From: Ostrea edulis | Taxonomy: Eukaryota | Reading direction: 5' to 3' | Assembly (NCBI RefSeq): GCF_947568905.1 | Contig: NC_079171.1 | Span: forward strand, 43,152,001-43,216,000 | Length of the DNA: 64,000 nt | Shown: positions 47,642 through 59,100 of the stretch, piece after piece | Layout: every line of letters begins with the position of its first letter | Position numbering within the stretch: position 1 is the first letter of the stretch | The notes under the pieces: generated by a model | What the model saw: only the letters and a program-made list of their open reading frames with translations | Told to the model about the DNA's origin: nothing | The model's database searches: none | Translations under genes and position numbers: made by a program

Positions 47642-49808
47642 ATTTTCAAGGTATTTTCAAGGTCCCATGCCCTGAATTCACCCGGTTTATCTCTAAGTGC
47701 AGTCACTTTTCCGCTCTACTTACCATACCTGGCGTCGGAAGTCACCAATTCACACCTGCGGCTACACCAATTATAATAATGACCGCTAATCCACGCTCGC
47801 CTTTTCGAAGTAGACCCAGATCCACTGCCAATTATGAACTAACACGCCCTATTGCAGGGATGGTATTTTGAATTACACACACTATATCATTAACATGTGG
47901 GTTAGATAAACGCACAAAATTGTCGAAGTGTGCTTGAAGGTAATGCTCATAATAACGATAATGCAATTTAATAATACACGCTTCATCGTTAAAACTAGGA
48001 TAGAGAAAACACTTTTTTAAATTAACATTTAAAAGTTGTTTTTTTTTTAAATCCGTCGTTTTTGTTTCTCACCTGATAGGTTGTTTCACTACAACGCAAT
48101 AGCTACATCAAGCTCCGGTCAGCTCAGTATATTTCATTACGCTACAACTCCAATATCATTATTCGTAGGGGAAAGTAGTCCCGGAGAATTGACACTGCAC
48201 GGAGTTTGTAGCTACATCCCAGTCGAGCCTAGACATTAGTAAACTTAAAGTAAGCATACAAGCATGGTCATCTTAATTTTGAAACACATTGTAAATTTAA
48301 TGGGATGTTTATATATATCAAAAAATCCGAAATGTTTGTCTTTGAAATTCCGCCATATCAATTGATCAACTTGCATTAAACTATACGAAACGGCAACGGG
48401 GTTGTTGTTCATAATGCAAATTCCATACTATGCATAAAATATCCACCTTCAAAAATATATTCAAGATCGATTTTGGATATCGCGAACCCCTTGATATCTC
48501 GAAGCTTTTTCGAGGTCCCTTGGACTTCGAGATAGAGATAATTTACTGTATTTTCAAAAGAAAGTGTTTCAGCTATTTTTTTATCACGACTTACAGGTAC
48601 ATTAATTTAATTTGACAATTGATTTGAGTTGCTTTTCCTGTGTTGCAACATAATACAATTAACATTTACTTATCTGTAAGAGCTTTATAGAATAAATGAA
48701 AAGTATATTTTTAAAAAAAAGTGCTAAAAGTCATGGGAAACGTAATTATTCCTATCTAATTGTATTCAGTCTTATCTTCATTGAATCTCGATCAAGGTAA
48801 AAATCATAACTACTCTTCTTACATAATTTACAATGCAACACAACATCATGAATGAATAAATCGTGTTTTCAATGTAATACAGATCCATGTTGAATTTATC
48901 TAGTTCTAATATCTAAACAAAGTAGTGCTATCCACGTCGTCTCTGTTTATTGACATTACCATTTTTATATATATGTCATTAAATACAGATTGAATGTTTT
49001 GAAATGAACTTGTGATAAATGAAACTTAGAATGTTAACATTCTGAACTTGTCGATCTACTTGATGGTTAATATTCTTGATTTTGGAAAGTAAAACTACAC
49101 TTACGGTACATATGTATTTATTGCGTTAATGTTATTGTTTCTAGTTGCTACGATAAAGCAAGAGGCACAAACAGAAAGTATGACGTCACACCAAGAGAAA
49201 ATATTCATGGATATGAAAACGTTTTGCCGAAAGTTTATCATGACGTTTACGTGGATCCGGCATCAGAGATTGAAACCAAACCCAGGAGGCGACCTTACGA
49301 AGATGCAAACGACAGAACCTTTCTAAATGAGTACGAGGTCAACGAACATATACGTAGGGGAAGTTCCGACGGTATAATTGGTAGGACCGATACGTTGGAA
49401 AAAGTAGAACTACTGGCTCTGCATCCTAACACCAGCGATCAAAATTTGTTGGATGCGTATCGTAACGCCAGTGAAGACACCTCCGATGGTAATCTGGATC
49501 CGGTACCAGAGTTTAAAATCAAACCCAAGAGGCGACCTTACGAAGATGCAAACGACAGGACCTTTCTAAATGAGTACGAGATCAACAAACATATACGCGG
49601 GGGGAGTTCCGATGGTGGAAATGATAGGACGGACACGCTGGGAAAAATGGAACTGCCGCATGTGCATCATAACACCAGCAATCAAACTTTGTTCCCTGAT
49701 TCTCACAACACCAGTGACGACACTTCCAATGTAACATATGAATTGAAAAAGAAAACCAGTCCCTACGAGTCATGCAACAGTATGAATTTCCTGAAAGATT
49801 TTGCATAA
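19446..49808 (+). CDS. Ig-mucin-TM-Tyr receptor copy 2; exons 2-7 in frame, exon 1 missing
   Basis: Exons are 19446-19748, 31422-31508, 31662-31740, 44428-44804, 45962-46094 and 49145-49808. All are GT-AG with the same phases as copy 1 and no stops; the product would be 551 aa if given a 13-nt exon 1. No exon 1 equivalent lies upstream: copy 1 flank joins intron 1 sequence at ~15535. It may be a recent pseudogene. Confidence 0.75.
22286..25080 (-). mobile_element. Crypton-like tyrosine-recombinase transposon with long imperfect inverted ends
   Basis: The left end taaggctgtggaacattaaatgacaag...cacttgacgtcacaac (22286-22410) is an inverted, imperfect copy of the right end at ~24965-25080. The recombinase gene lies between them. 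Confidence 0.7.
22757..24520 (-). pseudogene. Crypton (DUF3504/KCTD1-ZMYM-related) tyrosine recombinase, 4 exons, late frameshift
   Basis: Exons are 24520-24028, 23817-23599, 23503-23318 and 23228-22757, with three phase-1 GT-AG introns. Motifs HFGLRG, CP(I)NLY, TNHSIR, ITGH..V.SINNY. A 1-nt frameshift near 23080 separates the Tyr region from the C-terminal tail ...FQNANISGNITI. Confidence 0.85.
25093..26451 (-). mobile_element. Full-length Tc1 transposon
   Basis: TA|CAGCCAACTGCCAAAAGTTTATAGACAAATGGCGGA and its near-perfect inverted copy ending at 26451|TA (~36-bp TIR). Confidence 0.95.
25201..26235 (-). CDS. Tc1-family DD34E transposase, intact (344 aa)
   Basis: N-terminal HTH region with the GRPRK linker, WSKVIFSDE, FQDDN..H, WPAQSPDANIIE; 34 residues lie between the second catalytic D and the E. 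Confidence 0.95.
   Translation of the reverse strand: MGKSKNLSPAVKQIVVDSYRQTGNYSETARVLKMDRKTVYAVVKRCEIRGSAGNDKKSGRPRKMDVRDERQLLRLVKFNRTTPLKDITGQFNQGRKVPVSERSIHRYLSKNKYHRRVCRKKIRIREQNRKNHVAWARGKRRWTVDYNWSKVIFSDECKVVLGQNNRVYIRRKAGEEWLPACISPGAPPKPAMSLMLWGCITWNGVGTLTVVNGNINANKYIDILEEQLWPVVVKIFPTNDYIFQDDNVPVHRARIVQECKQINKIPGMFWPAQSPDANIIENIWFLLKNKLKRRLSNINNVTDLERNINDIWINIPVTYIRNLYRSLPIRMLKMIRSKGCITKY
26452..26501. repeat. (TA)n tract; further tracts at 27617-27630, ~27690-27738 and 28881-28946
   Basis: Directly visible; the tracts separate the stacked elements. Confidence 0.95.
26502..27616 (+). mobile_element. Second Tc1-like element, frameshifted and 3'-deleted transposase (26701-27533)
   Basis: TIR (a/t)GGGTGTTAAGAAA(a/g)TTCGTTCC with TA flanks. 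Motifs GRPSK, YIFSDES, IWGAM and FVQDGATPH are present, with a frameshift at ~27117. The ORF ends before the third catalytic residue. Confidence 0.88.
27739..28880 (+). mobile_element. pogo/Tigger-like internally deleted element
   Basis: TA|CAGTATAATTTGTCCAAACCGGC...GCCGGTTTAGACAGATTATACTG|TA. A remnant RRELTLKDKVQLI at 28246-28284 resembles the CENP-B-type N-terminal HTH. Confidence 0.8.
30511..30697 (+). mobile_element. Penelope-like element 3' end (paralogous copy at ~61665-61830)
   Basis: acctgatcaggatatagggctcac...cacctgatcccacctctg...gttatcttcaccgttcat. Confidence 0.7.
31024..31382 (+). mobile_element. Longer Penelope-like 3' end including the RT C-terminal helix (paralogous copy at ~62160-62505)
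   Basis: Translates LMVQEFQQFRFKSAFRKFHGSYNHLVRQYNLSLGQLLSGRFHTDC*, followed by the family 3' tail. Confidence 0.7.
31805..33348. mobile_element. 1.5-kb non-autonomous TIR element with 3-bp TSD CTG, superfamily unassigned
   Basis: CTG|TACCAACCATACCCAGCCTGAC...GTCAGGTTGGGTCTGATTGGCA|CTG, with internal gggactgc/gcagtccc repeats. The site is empty in copy 1 (~7278). Confidence 0.75.
36122..39561 (-). pseudogene. Multi-exon accessory gene of the CACTA element (C14orf93-like pattern, by recall)
   Basis: Phase-compatible GT-AG exons include ~38296-38365, ~37757-37846, 36735-36844 and 36122-36443. They join to ...LKWNYGTVKRFMDEE...DAAIKRYFTSKK...YERKKEKLKRRL...YMSSDEE...PYSWES.EL...LD. There is an in-frame stop near 38795, and frameshifts near the start and end. 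Confidence 0.6.
36949..37601 (+). mobile_element. Non-autonomous Helentron/Helitron-type element with internal satellite monomers
   Basis: 5' hairpin ataccccccgcaacaagttgtggggggtat, (GTCY)n microsatellite, about 3 tandem units of 137-145 bp (starting 37028, 37165, 37310), and 3' ggggtat plus the gtgagcattgctcac hairpin. Confidence 0.8.
39736..41230 (+). pseudogene. THAP-domain gene remnant (exons 39736-39954 and from 41078)
   Basis: MVNTCVVWGCNNR...RFYDIP...*LARINR...VCSDHFVSG|TKAELYD...APSLKLG. The C2CH signature is present, the conserved Trp is TGA, and there are frameshifts. Confidence 0.8.
40104..40973. mobile_element. hAT-like non-autonomous element with a 5-bp TSD, in the THAP intron
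   Basis: TCAGG|CAGGGATCGAAATTAA...TTAATTTCGTTGCCTG|TCAGG, with subterminal actagc/actcgc repeats. Confidence 0.65.
41290..41800 (+). pseudogene. C-terminal fragment of an animal EnSpm/CACTA transposase
   Basis: RSSMIIAHWYRDNG...RPGQVEKIVLH...HYLARVNW...GKPVEVW...GPASFIPIQRIKSKF, with stops and frameshifts. Confidence 0.7.
41823..42740. repeat. 109-bp minisatellite, about 8.5 copies
   Basis: Units start at 41823, 41928, 42037, 42158, 42267, 42376, 42485 and 42594, then a partial unit. One unit has a 12-bp insertion. Confidence 0.95.
44558..44749 (+). repeat. Coding 24-nt tandem repeat (8 x [Y/T/P]P[A/T][D/N/E][S/G]N[I/T/S][S/T]-like) in the stalk exon of copy 2
   Basis: YPTDSNIS PPTDSSIT TPANSNIT YPAESNTS TPTDGNIT TPANSNIT YPADSNIS TPADGNST; copy 1 has only 2 units. 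Confidence 0.9.
44951..45119 (-). mobile_element. Young Penelope-like 3' end
   Basis: atgaaaggtgaagataacgaac...ggtgggatcaggtgcctaggaggagtaagcatcccctgtcgaccggtcacacc; absent from copy 1 intron 5. Confidence 0.75.
47492..48548. mobile_element. TA-flanked mariner/pogo-type MITE
   Basis: The right end is ...TTCGAGATAGAGATAATTTACTG|TA; the left end TA|CAAATTTGTATCTCGAA is degraded. It has repeated tctcgaa/tcgaag motifs and is absent from copy 1 (~11800). Confidence 0.7.
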
Positions 49809-51440
49809 TACTTTTTTAGCTATATGATAAAAATTTGTTAATGTGTTTTAGAATGAGAAATGAAAGAAACGCTTATATCATTTGTGCTTTATGTTTACGA
49901 AATAAAAGAAAATGTATTCATGTAACGTAATAATTTACAATTACTAACACCATGGGTTTGATTTATAAAGATATTACAGTTCAATACAAGAAACATACAT
50001 ATACATGTAACAGCTTACCCACTGATTGATACAAAGTAGGTTGGACATGGGTATTAATTTTCATTGGTTATACAATTAAACACTTTCCTCCAAGTCTCGT
50101 GAAGTTATACATACATAAACCCAGTTCCCCATATACATTGTGATCGCTTCTTGCACGATATTGAAGATATATAAAAAGTGAAAACGTTAAGGGACACAAG
50201 ATGTGGATGATTTTAAATAAGGACACAGAAAGACTTTGACACTGTCCTAGCTATGCCGAACACAATATCAAATGTTAACACAGTAACGAATCATGAAGCA
50301 ATCCATCACCGATGCAATATAAAAATCGCTGCCGACGTTTTCTTAAGGGATGAAAAGTCAGCATCATCAAGGATTTTAGTTTGCATAAATATTTTCTTTT
50401 CTCTCTGTCGTTCCCGGCTTCATGGTTTTCGTTGAAAATCTATTCAGGATTTTATAGTAATCCTCGTATATTTTCTGAAAATTAATATGTTTAACTTATA
50501 GATGAGAAAAAGTGAAGATAACGAATAATAATCTGAAAATCTTAATAATCATAGAGAGAACAAAAAACAAAGTAGAAAGACACATGTCTTTGAAACACCA
50601 GCAATAGGATGACATATCTAGTGTGAGTAAACATCCCTGTTGACCAGTCACACTCACCGTGGGTTATCTCTATTGAAATCTAATTCTCTTGGTAGTTCAA
50701 TATATAAAACAAATGTTTCACATTCTTCAAAATTACACGATATACAGTATTTCAAAAAGAGTTGATGTTATAGAGGACAGACGGAATGTTTGTAATATTT
50801 TCAATCGTGACGATTAACGAAAACTCCTGTCTTACAAGTGAGATAACTTTCATATCCAACTACACAGCACCGAGTTTTCAGTTTATTAGACTTTCTTTGT
50901 TTGGTTTTAGAACACGTTTATTTCCAATTTTAAAGGATGTTTAATAATACACATATTGAGGTCACAATCAGTTATTATTTTCACACTGTGAAGATCAATG
51001 AATAAATTGTAGTATTTCAATGTCGAAAATGTAATACAATTGAGCAATATGATTCGAAACACAAATTCAGTCTTCGTTAATATGAATACAATACTTAAAA
51101 AAAAAAAGGAAATACAATTATTTTACTTTTCTCCTTATCCTGAATCAAAGCTAAACATCTTGTTGAAAATAAATCTTTAACCCTAAAGAAAATATATGAA
51201 GTACTTACAAATGTCAGCATTGGGGATGACCTAAACTCAATAGATATCTGGCTAGGAAACACAAATCTGTCTCCCCGTCGTACATCAGCTGATACAGACA
51301 ATTCATAATGAATATCGTTATCATCACCCCAGGGCTGCGCTCCCTGAAATATGGATCGTCCAACTCTAGCTTAAAATCTTAATTTTTCTATTCACTTTGT
51401 CACACGTATTGCCAATGGACAATGGTGGACGAGAAAAGTG

Positions 51441-51803
51441 GAAGGTGAAGATAATGAACAGTAATCAATCTCATAACTCCTATAAGCAACACAAAATAGA
51501 TAGTTGGGCAAACACGGACCCCTGGACACACCAGATGTGGAATCAGGTGCCTAGGAGGAGTAAGCATCCCCTGTTTACCGGTCACACCCGCCGTGAGCGC
51601 TATATCGTGATCAGGTAAACGGAGTTATCCGAAGTCAAAATCAGTGTGCCAAGAACGGCTTAGCAATCGGTATTAAACACGACAGACAGCATTTGACCCA
51701 ATGCGAGGTTGTATTGACCAACTAGATCGTTATAACGACCATAGAATTTGCGAAATACTGACTTCAATCGAGACTGTTGAAACCCCTGTACCATCAACTT
51801 GTT
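51441..51803 (-). mobile_element. Longest Penelope-like 3' end in the window
   Basis: The - strand translates NKLMVQGFQQSRLKSVFRKFYGRYNDLVGQYNLALGQMLSVVFNTDC*, followed by the family tail. Confidence 0.75.
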
Positions 51804-52697
51804 TGATAACAAACAGTGTTGCATGTGTTAAAGTATGTGCTCATTGATAATTTGATGTATTTATTTTCATTTGATCAATACAAGAATACATGATATTGCA
51901 TGTATATAGGAAATTCATGACTCTTTAGTAATATTTGTAACTTATTTTGTATTTTGCACCATGTTGATATTTTACACCACTGTTCTTTATGCAGATTTAA
52001 GTGTGTTCAGAATTAGAGCCAAATAAAATTATACTGCAACAAGCTTTGGTAGAAAGAGAAAGGTAGGTTACGGACAAATTACCCACCCCCTGATAAGTCA
52101 TCATGGTCAAATCTGTAGATTGTTACTTAGAAATCTAGGTGATGTAGAGTCTTATCTCGAAAATTTTGAAATTTAACGAATATTTCACTGTAGACAATAT
52201 ACAACGTTCCTTCGGAACTTCCATATTTTGTAAACCAGTATCAGGTGTAACTGTGATATAACACACGGTGCATGACAAACATATGTTGCGTGTTTTCAAA
52301 TGCAAAATGTATGTTAAACAAAAAAAATAACGAATTCTATTTTTCTTCTAAAATCTTTCTTTTGCTCAAATCTGTAACAACTTTTTAGGTTTAGTCACTT
52401 GCCTTTATGACACTGATCAAATAGTTTTTATTTTTATTTAGGTATCATCTTGAAATTAACTTGGACTACCTTTCAAGATTATGTGTATAATGTGTGATAC
52501 ATTTAGATGTAATTGATATCAATATGAAAATTGTATGAGTCTATTCTGATGCAAATGGGACCTTTCTAGGCCCCTTGATTAAGCTACATATGTATATATA
52601 CCTTGCCCTTGATGTTTGTGAATGATTATACAGTTCCGTTGAATTTAGTCATTGATTGACATATTACAGCCTCATATAATTCAGAATGAAATCAAAC

Positions 52698-52849
52698 CTG
52701 TGAATTATCATGATAGGTTTCTCTTTGTCTAATGCCATGTTTGTAATGACGTCTACGATATCTGGTAGATGTGATGTGTTGGAGTAGAGGGATTCGTCTG
52801 ATAGCATGGGCTGGGTAATTCGGACTTCCAATTCTTCACCATTACCATG
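52698..52849 (-). other. Candidate orphan exon (HGNGEELEVRITQPMLSDESLYSNTSHLPDIVDVITNMALDKEKPIMIIH)
   Basis: Acceptor tttgatatgtacAG and donor CACAG|GTTTGA, open frame, paralogous to 62-219. Confidence 0.45.
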
Positions 52850-54510
52850 CTGTACATATCAAAAGCGCACTGATTTATATAGGAAATTCAGAAAGGATGC
52901 TTTTGTTGAGATAGCAAATTACACGTTTATATTCTAATGCTGAATGTACAGTCGAAATAAGCATCTAGAATATGTGTGCTCCGAATATACATTATATTAT
53001 GTATAACATATGTCATAATGGTAAATATCATTGGTGCACAAAAAGAAATATTTGAAACAGCGAAACAAAGTTGTATAATATGAAGTGTATAGTTTTTTGT
53101 ATCCTGATATTATGTTAATTATTCGGTTATACCCATATTATGCCGCTGTTTCAGGATTTTGTTGGTTTTCAAATGTTTAGATACACAGTCATCCTTTTGC
53201 AGGTCTTTATACGTACAATCTACCTTAATAAACTGTATTTAATTCATGGATTTCAATTTTTTGAATTATGTGTTGCGTTCAGTAGTCAAGCACGTGTCTG
53301 TACCTGTATTCCAATCCCTGTAGTAGAAATCTTCCACCCCACACTGTCCACTCTGCTTTTGGCCTTCTTCACCACATATCTACCGATCACAATATTTTAT
53401 CCTTCCGGGATCCATTGTTCAGTCTTTATAAAAGAGCATTAGCATCATTACTTAGTGTTTATATATTTGTTATCCTGTGCCCCATTCTAGTTTGTGTCAC
53501 TCATGTAGAGATGCCAGCATTATATATTGCTGTTTAGTTATTCAATAAAGACACATATATTCAAATTTACAGACTGTGTTTATATCAAATACACTATGTT
53601 ATCAATGGGTAAAGTATAGTGAACGGAATTTCACGAAGTATACTTTGACGCCGTTAGTTTGTAATGGAATTAAATATCAGATTAGAATGAATGTTCTGAA
53701 AAGGTGTTCTGACATACGTCCATCATCCATACATTACAAATACTCTATAAAATTATGAAAATAACAAAGAAGCAGTGATCAATCTCATCAATCCTATAAA
53801 GAGTACAACACTGGGGGTATGGCAAACAAAATTCCCTCCACCCCCTCCCACACACACACACACCAGAGGTGGGATCAGGTGCTTAAGATGAGTTAGTATT
53901 CCCTCTGTTGATTGGTTGCAACAGGCATTGACCTTATATATTGTTCAGATAAACGAAGTAATAAGTAGTCTAACTAAGTACATGCTTACTGTGATATCTA
54001 ATGATTAGAACGCGAGAAATAATCCGAGCTAAATCTAAACCTCTAACAAGGAAACAGTTTTAACGTTAATCCCAGAACGTCCTTGTCAAAAATGGCTGAG
54101 ATCTCGCAAAGTCACACCTTGAAATCCGATTGTGAACTTACGTGGATTATCATCCTAATCTTGTGGCTTCCTTGCACCAAAGTACATGTAAAGAACGGTC
54201 TAACAATTGGTATGAAACACATCAGACAACATTCGGCCTGATGACATGGTATTTTTACAAATTAGGTCATCATAATGACCTCGGCGTTTCTGAATTGCTG
54301 ACTTTTTCATTATAGACAAAACCCCTATAACATCAACTTATTTACCAGTCGATCTATGAATTGAGATAATTCATAAGAGCAAACGGTTTATGAACTTCGT
54401 AGAATTTGTCATTTTGGTTGATTGGTTGTGTTGTGTACTATTTACTATTTGCACTGGATGGAACTGGATACATCTAGATAGTGATGTTTATTTCATTGAC
54501 ACCTGTAACA

Positions 54511-54600
54511 GATTGAATTACTAGATCGATTTCGGTAATACGTGATGAGATTGAATCACTAGATCGATTGCGGTAATACGCGATCAGGGTGGATCATTAG
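54511..54600. repeat. 38-bp tandem repeat, ~2.3 copies
   Basis: gattgaattactagatcgatttcggtaatacgtgatga / gattgaatcactagatcgattgcggtaatacgcgatca. Confidence 0.7.
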
Positions 54601-54999
54601 ATACAATCTTGCCTGTCTTGTGATGCGTTCAATAGACTGTAGATCTACTGGTTTTATTGACTTAACGGGACTTCTTATTTCTCATTACAGTCATTGTATA
54701 AAGATAAGTTTTCTAACTCGGAAATCAGTTCCGTGAAAATTTGTATTTGTCATTTTCCTCTATAAAAAGAGAGAAACAAATAAAAAAAAAACATATTAGA
54801 ATGACACATGTAACACACGGCGAGTAACGTCCCCTGTTTGATATGTCATTCTTGACCTTCTTGCGATTTACACTAACTCTTTGGAAAGGAAAACTCGAAC
54901 GATTTATAATATGTTGTACGGTGTGACCGTTGGGACGAGCGAAATTCATTAACATCTTGCAATACGACTTATAGACATTCTATACGCCTCTTCATTTAA

Positions 55000-55419
55000 C
55001 GCAGGAAATATAACGCGGGGGATGTAAACAGTTACATTGTGACGTCATATTAGCTGCAAATGTTTTTTTCTTCTTCTCTCACGCCAAGCAAAAACAAAAC
55101 GTTTAAAGCTATGAGAAAGCTTGTCTGGATTTAAAAACGTTTATGATACTTTCTAAACAATCTAATTATCTTAATTACGGGATTATCAATGAAGTATTCA
55201 AAGCGTGCGAGATGACCTAAGGATATTGAAAATAGTTCAACGTCCAAAATTCCTGGATCCATACATACACATTAGCTTTCGCGGACAAGGCGATTTTCAA
55301 CTTTTATTTCAATTTTATTTTATTAATTCCTTATTTGTTATGTTAATACGGAATATAGGAACCATTATTTCGTCTCCGATTTCGTCGGGATTTTAAAATT
55401 TAATATGTCCATTTCTGCG
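55000..55419. mobile_element. Possible small TTAA-flanked TIR element
   Basis: TTAA|CGCAGGAAAT...ATTTCTGCG|TTAA; the TIR is short and no empty site is available. Confidence 0.35.
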
Positions 55420-56110
55420 TTAACTTGTGCAACTTTTCAGTAGACAAGTACTTAGTTACTTAGTATCATTAAGATATAGTGAGTTCAGGCGTCGCTTTTT
55501 TAAGTTGAGGGGTGGGGTGAAAATGGAGAAATAGTTGCCGTTTTATTTGTAGGAAAGAATCGTAATTAGCAAGAAAACAATTCTGACAAACCCCTAAAAT
55601 CGTAAGGGGGTGGGATCCTTCAGTACAGTTCAATTCGTCAGTTCAACCTTGCATTTCCAATACCCTTCATCACCATTTAATGGCCAGCTAATAAATCAAT
55701 ATTTTCATATACTAATAACAAACTTTACATGTCATAACAACGCAATAAACGTACAAGTACGTCACATATCAAGAAAACAGGAGGGGCAGAAGTGTATGAG
55801 GGGTAGAGGGTGAGGCTACATGATGCTGCCAGTACGTGTCTGGAGATCGATGGATATATAGTGATTATTTATATCATATAAATGATTTTCAAAATCAGGC
55901 AGATATTTTTGTATCATAAATGAGTCGTCTTTAGCCATCACTACTTTGTATGTACAAGAATTGCCTAAATGACACATAATTTTCATAACTTCTTTTTCTG
56001 AAGAGTTCCAAAAAATTCTAATTCCAATATCCCCTATTGATAGGCCTTTTAAAGCATATCTTTGTTATTGGTTTGACGATTCTACCTAATTAGAGAGTAT
56101 ATATATTTAC

Positions 56111-59100
56111 ATGAGTAAAATTGGTAAGGTATTACAATTCGACCCCTTGGGCGAGGCCTCTGATGGTGGACTGTTGGTCCACGAGGGTCTCTTACTTATT
56201 TATCCTCTTCGTCCCCGGTGGGACATAAGGCTTCAACAAGTTGTCTCCATCTACCTCTGTCCTTGGCAATATACTGTGCCTGTCCCCATGAGTAGCCCAT
56301 TTCCTCTAGTTCTGATGTTACGGTTCTCCTCCAGGTGGTACGTGATCTGCCTCTTTTCGTCTTTCCAGGTGGTGTCCAGTGTAGAGCTACTTTGGGAATC
56401 CTGTTCTGGGGCATTCTCATTACGTGACCAAGCCATCTCATTCTTCTTTGTTTAATCTCTGCGCTGATGTTCTTGCTTTTGCACTTTTGGTGTAAGTTTT
56501 TATTACTGATTTTGTTTGGCCAAAAGATTCTGTTCATTTTTTAAGACAGCTGTTGTGGAAGGCCTCATTTTTTTTATATCACTGTCTATAACACGCCAGC
56601 ATTCAGACCCATACAGGAGGACTGATTTCACATTGCTGTAATAAAGTTGGACTTTGATCCTCAGACTGTAGCTGTTTGATTTCCAGATAGTTTGGAGTTG
56701 GGCGAATGCTGCACGTGCTTTGTTGAGGGTCTCTACAGCTCAGTAACTAAATATTTCGTTACTAGCTTGAAAATACGGATGTATATTTAATTTCTGTGAT
56801 AAAATTTAGAAATTCATTTCAAACTTATCTCCCTCATACATAGCTCTGATCCTTAGACGAATTTGACTCCAGTCTTTGGCACTCTGTTTTTCTTTTAGTT
56901 CTTACTATACAAACGACACAGTGAAAATGATTGATGTACATTATACATCAGAGGCCACTACATCTATGAGATTGATCACTGTTCGTTATCTTCAACTTTC
57001 ACCATTGGGAATTCAACATTCCGTGTGAAATATTGATACAAATACAAGAACACGTGTCAAACCACGGATGTTATTGTGTGTAAATAACATATGAAGGAGG
57101 GGGGGGGGGGCAAAATTTACCAAATAGTATTTTTGCATGCCAGTATTTGTCTATGAGGTACGGTGGACAGGGAATAAGGTGAGGAGGGATGGAGTGAAAG
57201 TAAGAAGGGTGGGGGACAGAAAGAGGGAGAAATAACATTGAATTGTTCATACGTCGATGAAGAAAACAATTAATATTGCCTTAGATAAGTTTTACTTTGA
57301 ACGTCACCAGCTTTAGGTGAAGTACTACAAATATTGACCAATTCATCCACGACTCTCAAACACGCAGCAGTAGGAAATTCTGATCGCATCAACGCTTCCC
57401 GTGACACCAAGCCTGAAATCCTAAGGACATGTATGTAATCCAAAGACGCCTTCTTTTCAGTTCTACTGTCGGGTGCTTGGCTAAGGAACAGTTGCTACAC
57501 ACCCATGTTAAGCGCCCTGCGTCTGATAATGCGCCGCTGTCCAGAATGGAATGCGGTCCCTAACTAACATCTGGCCTGAAGGTTATAAAACTTTTGAGTT
57601 CGTTTTCATCTTCAAACTAGAATTCCGTGCTTTAAATCGTACTCGTACTGAAACGTCAAGGTGATAAAACTGATGAAATTGTTCTCATACTGAATCCGAG
57701 TGCATGTTGATGATTTTTTGAGTATGCTCGGAGGTTGCTCTGAGTTGTATTGAAAACAAACATGGCTGAGTTTGATCATGAGTACGGTAAAAGTTTAAAA
57801 ACTTCTAGACCAGGACTAACGTGACCGGCCTTGTCAATCATTTCGCGGCACCATTATTTACATTTGCAGTTGATTGACATATTTTAACGTACTCTTTGCG
57901 CTTGGGGTTGTATCATTCGTTCCAATGCCTACCGTGACAAGGGACTCTGGCTGTACCCTCTCATCTAAAAGACTCACAACCCTCACTTCTGACTTAGCAA
58001 TGGAACAGTGTCACGCTCTAGGATTGACGCAGGTAAATCACGAGCAGGATTCAAATTCACGACCTTCTCGTCACAAAAGGGAAAACTGTAAACATTGGGT
58101 TGGTAGCTTACTTATTTTTTAACGTCCTGCTCGAGAATTTTTCACTCCTATGGAAAAATCTAAACATTAGACTATCGGAATACTCGAATGACTTCTAAGA
58201 ATCTCTTTAATACTTAAGATCGTTTTAGCAACAATTGCCCCTCGGAAATTTATCAGGTATCTCAAAAGTTCTCTTAATCATCACATGCATCATATTGTTT
58301 TAACAACACACACTTGTTGTTGGGAGTGGGGTAATCGGATATTAGACTGTATATATGTTTTAATGTTTCTCAGCTAAACCTATTGAGGAAATTATATCCG
58401 TCTGCGTACATTGGTATTTTCCATGAAATCAGATATATTTTTATCTACTCTATTAATAAATACTTCTGGGGAAAAGATACAAATTTAGTGATATATGATT
58501 TCATAGATGCTTTATATCATCGCAAGATGGCCAGAGAACTGTGGACATTATATTCAGGTATGGACAAATGTTCAAAGTTATATCTTATGTTTTAAATACC
58601 ACGGTGACCTCACAAACATGTTGATATTGTTGTTTGCATTTTGTTGTCCCACTTTTGTTGTTTTGTCGTTGTTGTTGATGATGTTTTGAATGTTAACCCG
58701 CTGAGCTAGTCGGTTACACGATACGATTTTTTTTTACATTTAAATTTCTAAAAAGAAGTCAGCCATGATATTTATTACATGTAACAATATCGATTTTCCA
58801 CTACAGTGAGAGTAAAATTAATGCTTTCCTAAATTACTTTTCATTTTCAGTTATTTTCATCATTTGTTCAGCTTTGATCATAAAATCAACCACGGCACAG
58901 TTTCCGAACTTCGACATCCAAGCCAACGACAGCCTGTTAACCGCCGGTGACACAGTGATCATCGATTGTTTGCTCTATAATGCCTCCGTGGTCGATATCC
59001 TGAATGACTACGATATCGCGTGGTTTAAAGATGAAATCAAACTCACACAAGCATACACGAGGCTGAGGAATGACGTCATCAACGACCAACGATACTCCAT

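Noticed and set aside
53304-53423. Candidate upstream exon for the orphan exon at 52698-52849 on the - strand
   Set aside because: It has AG and GT-like boundaries, but all three frames contain stops and there is no paralogous copy in the window to support it.
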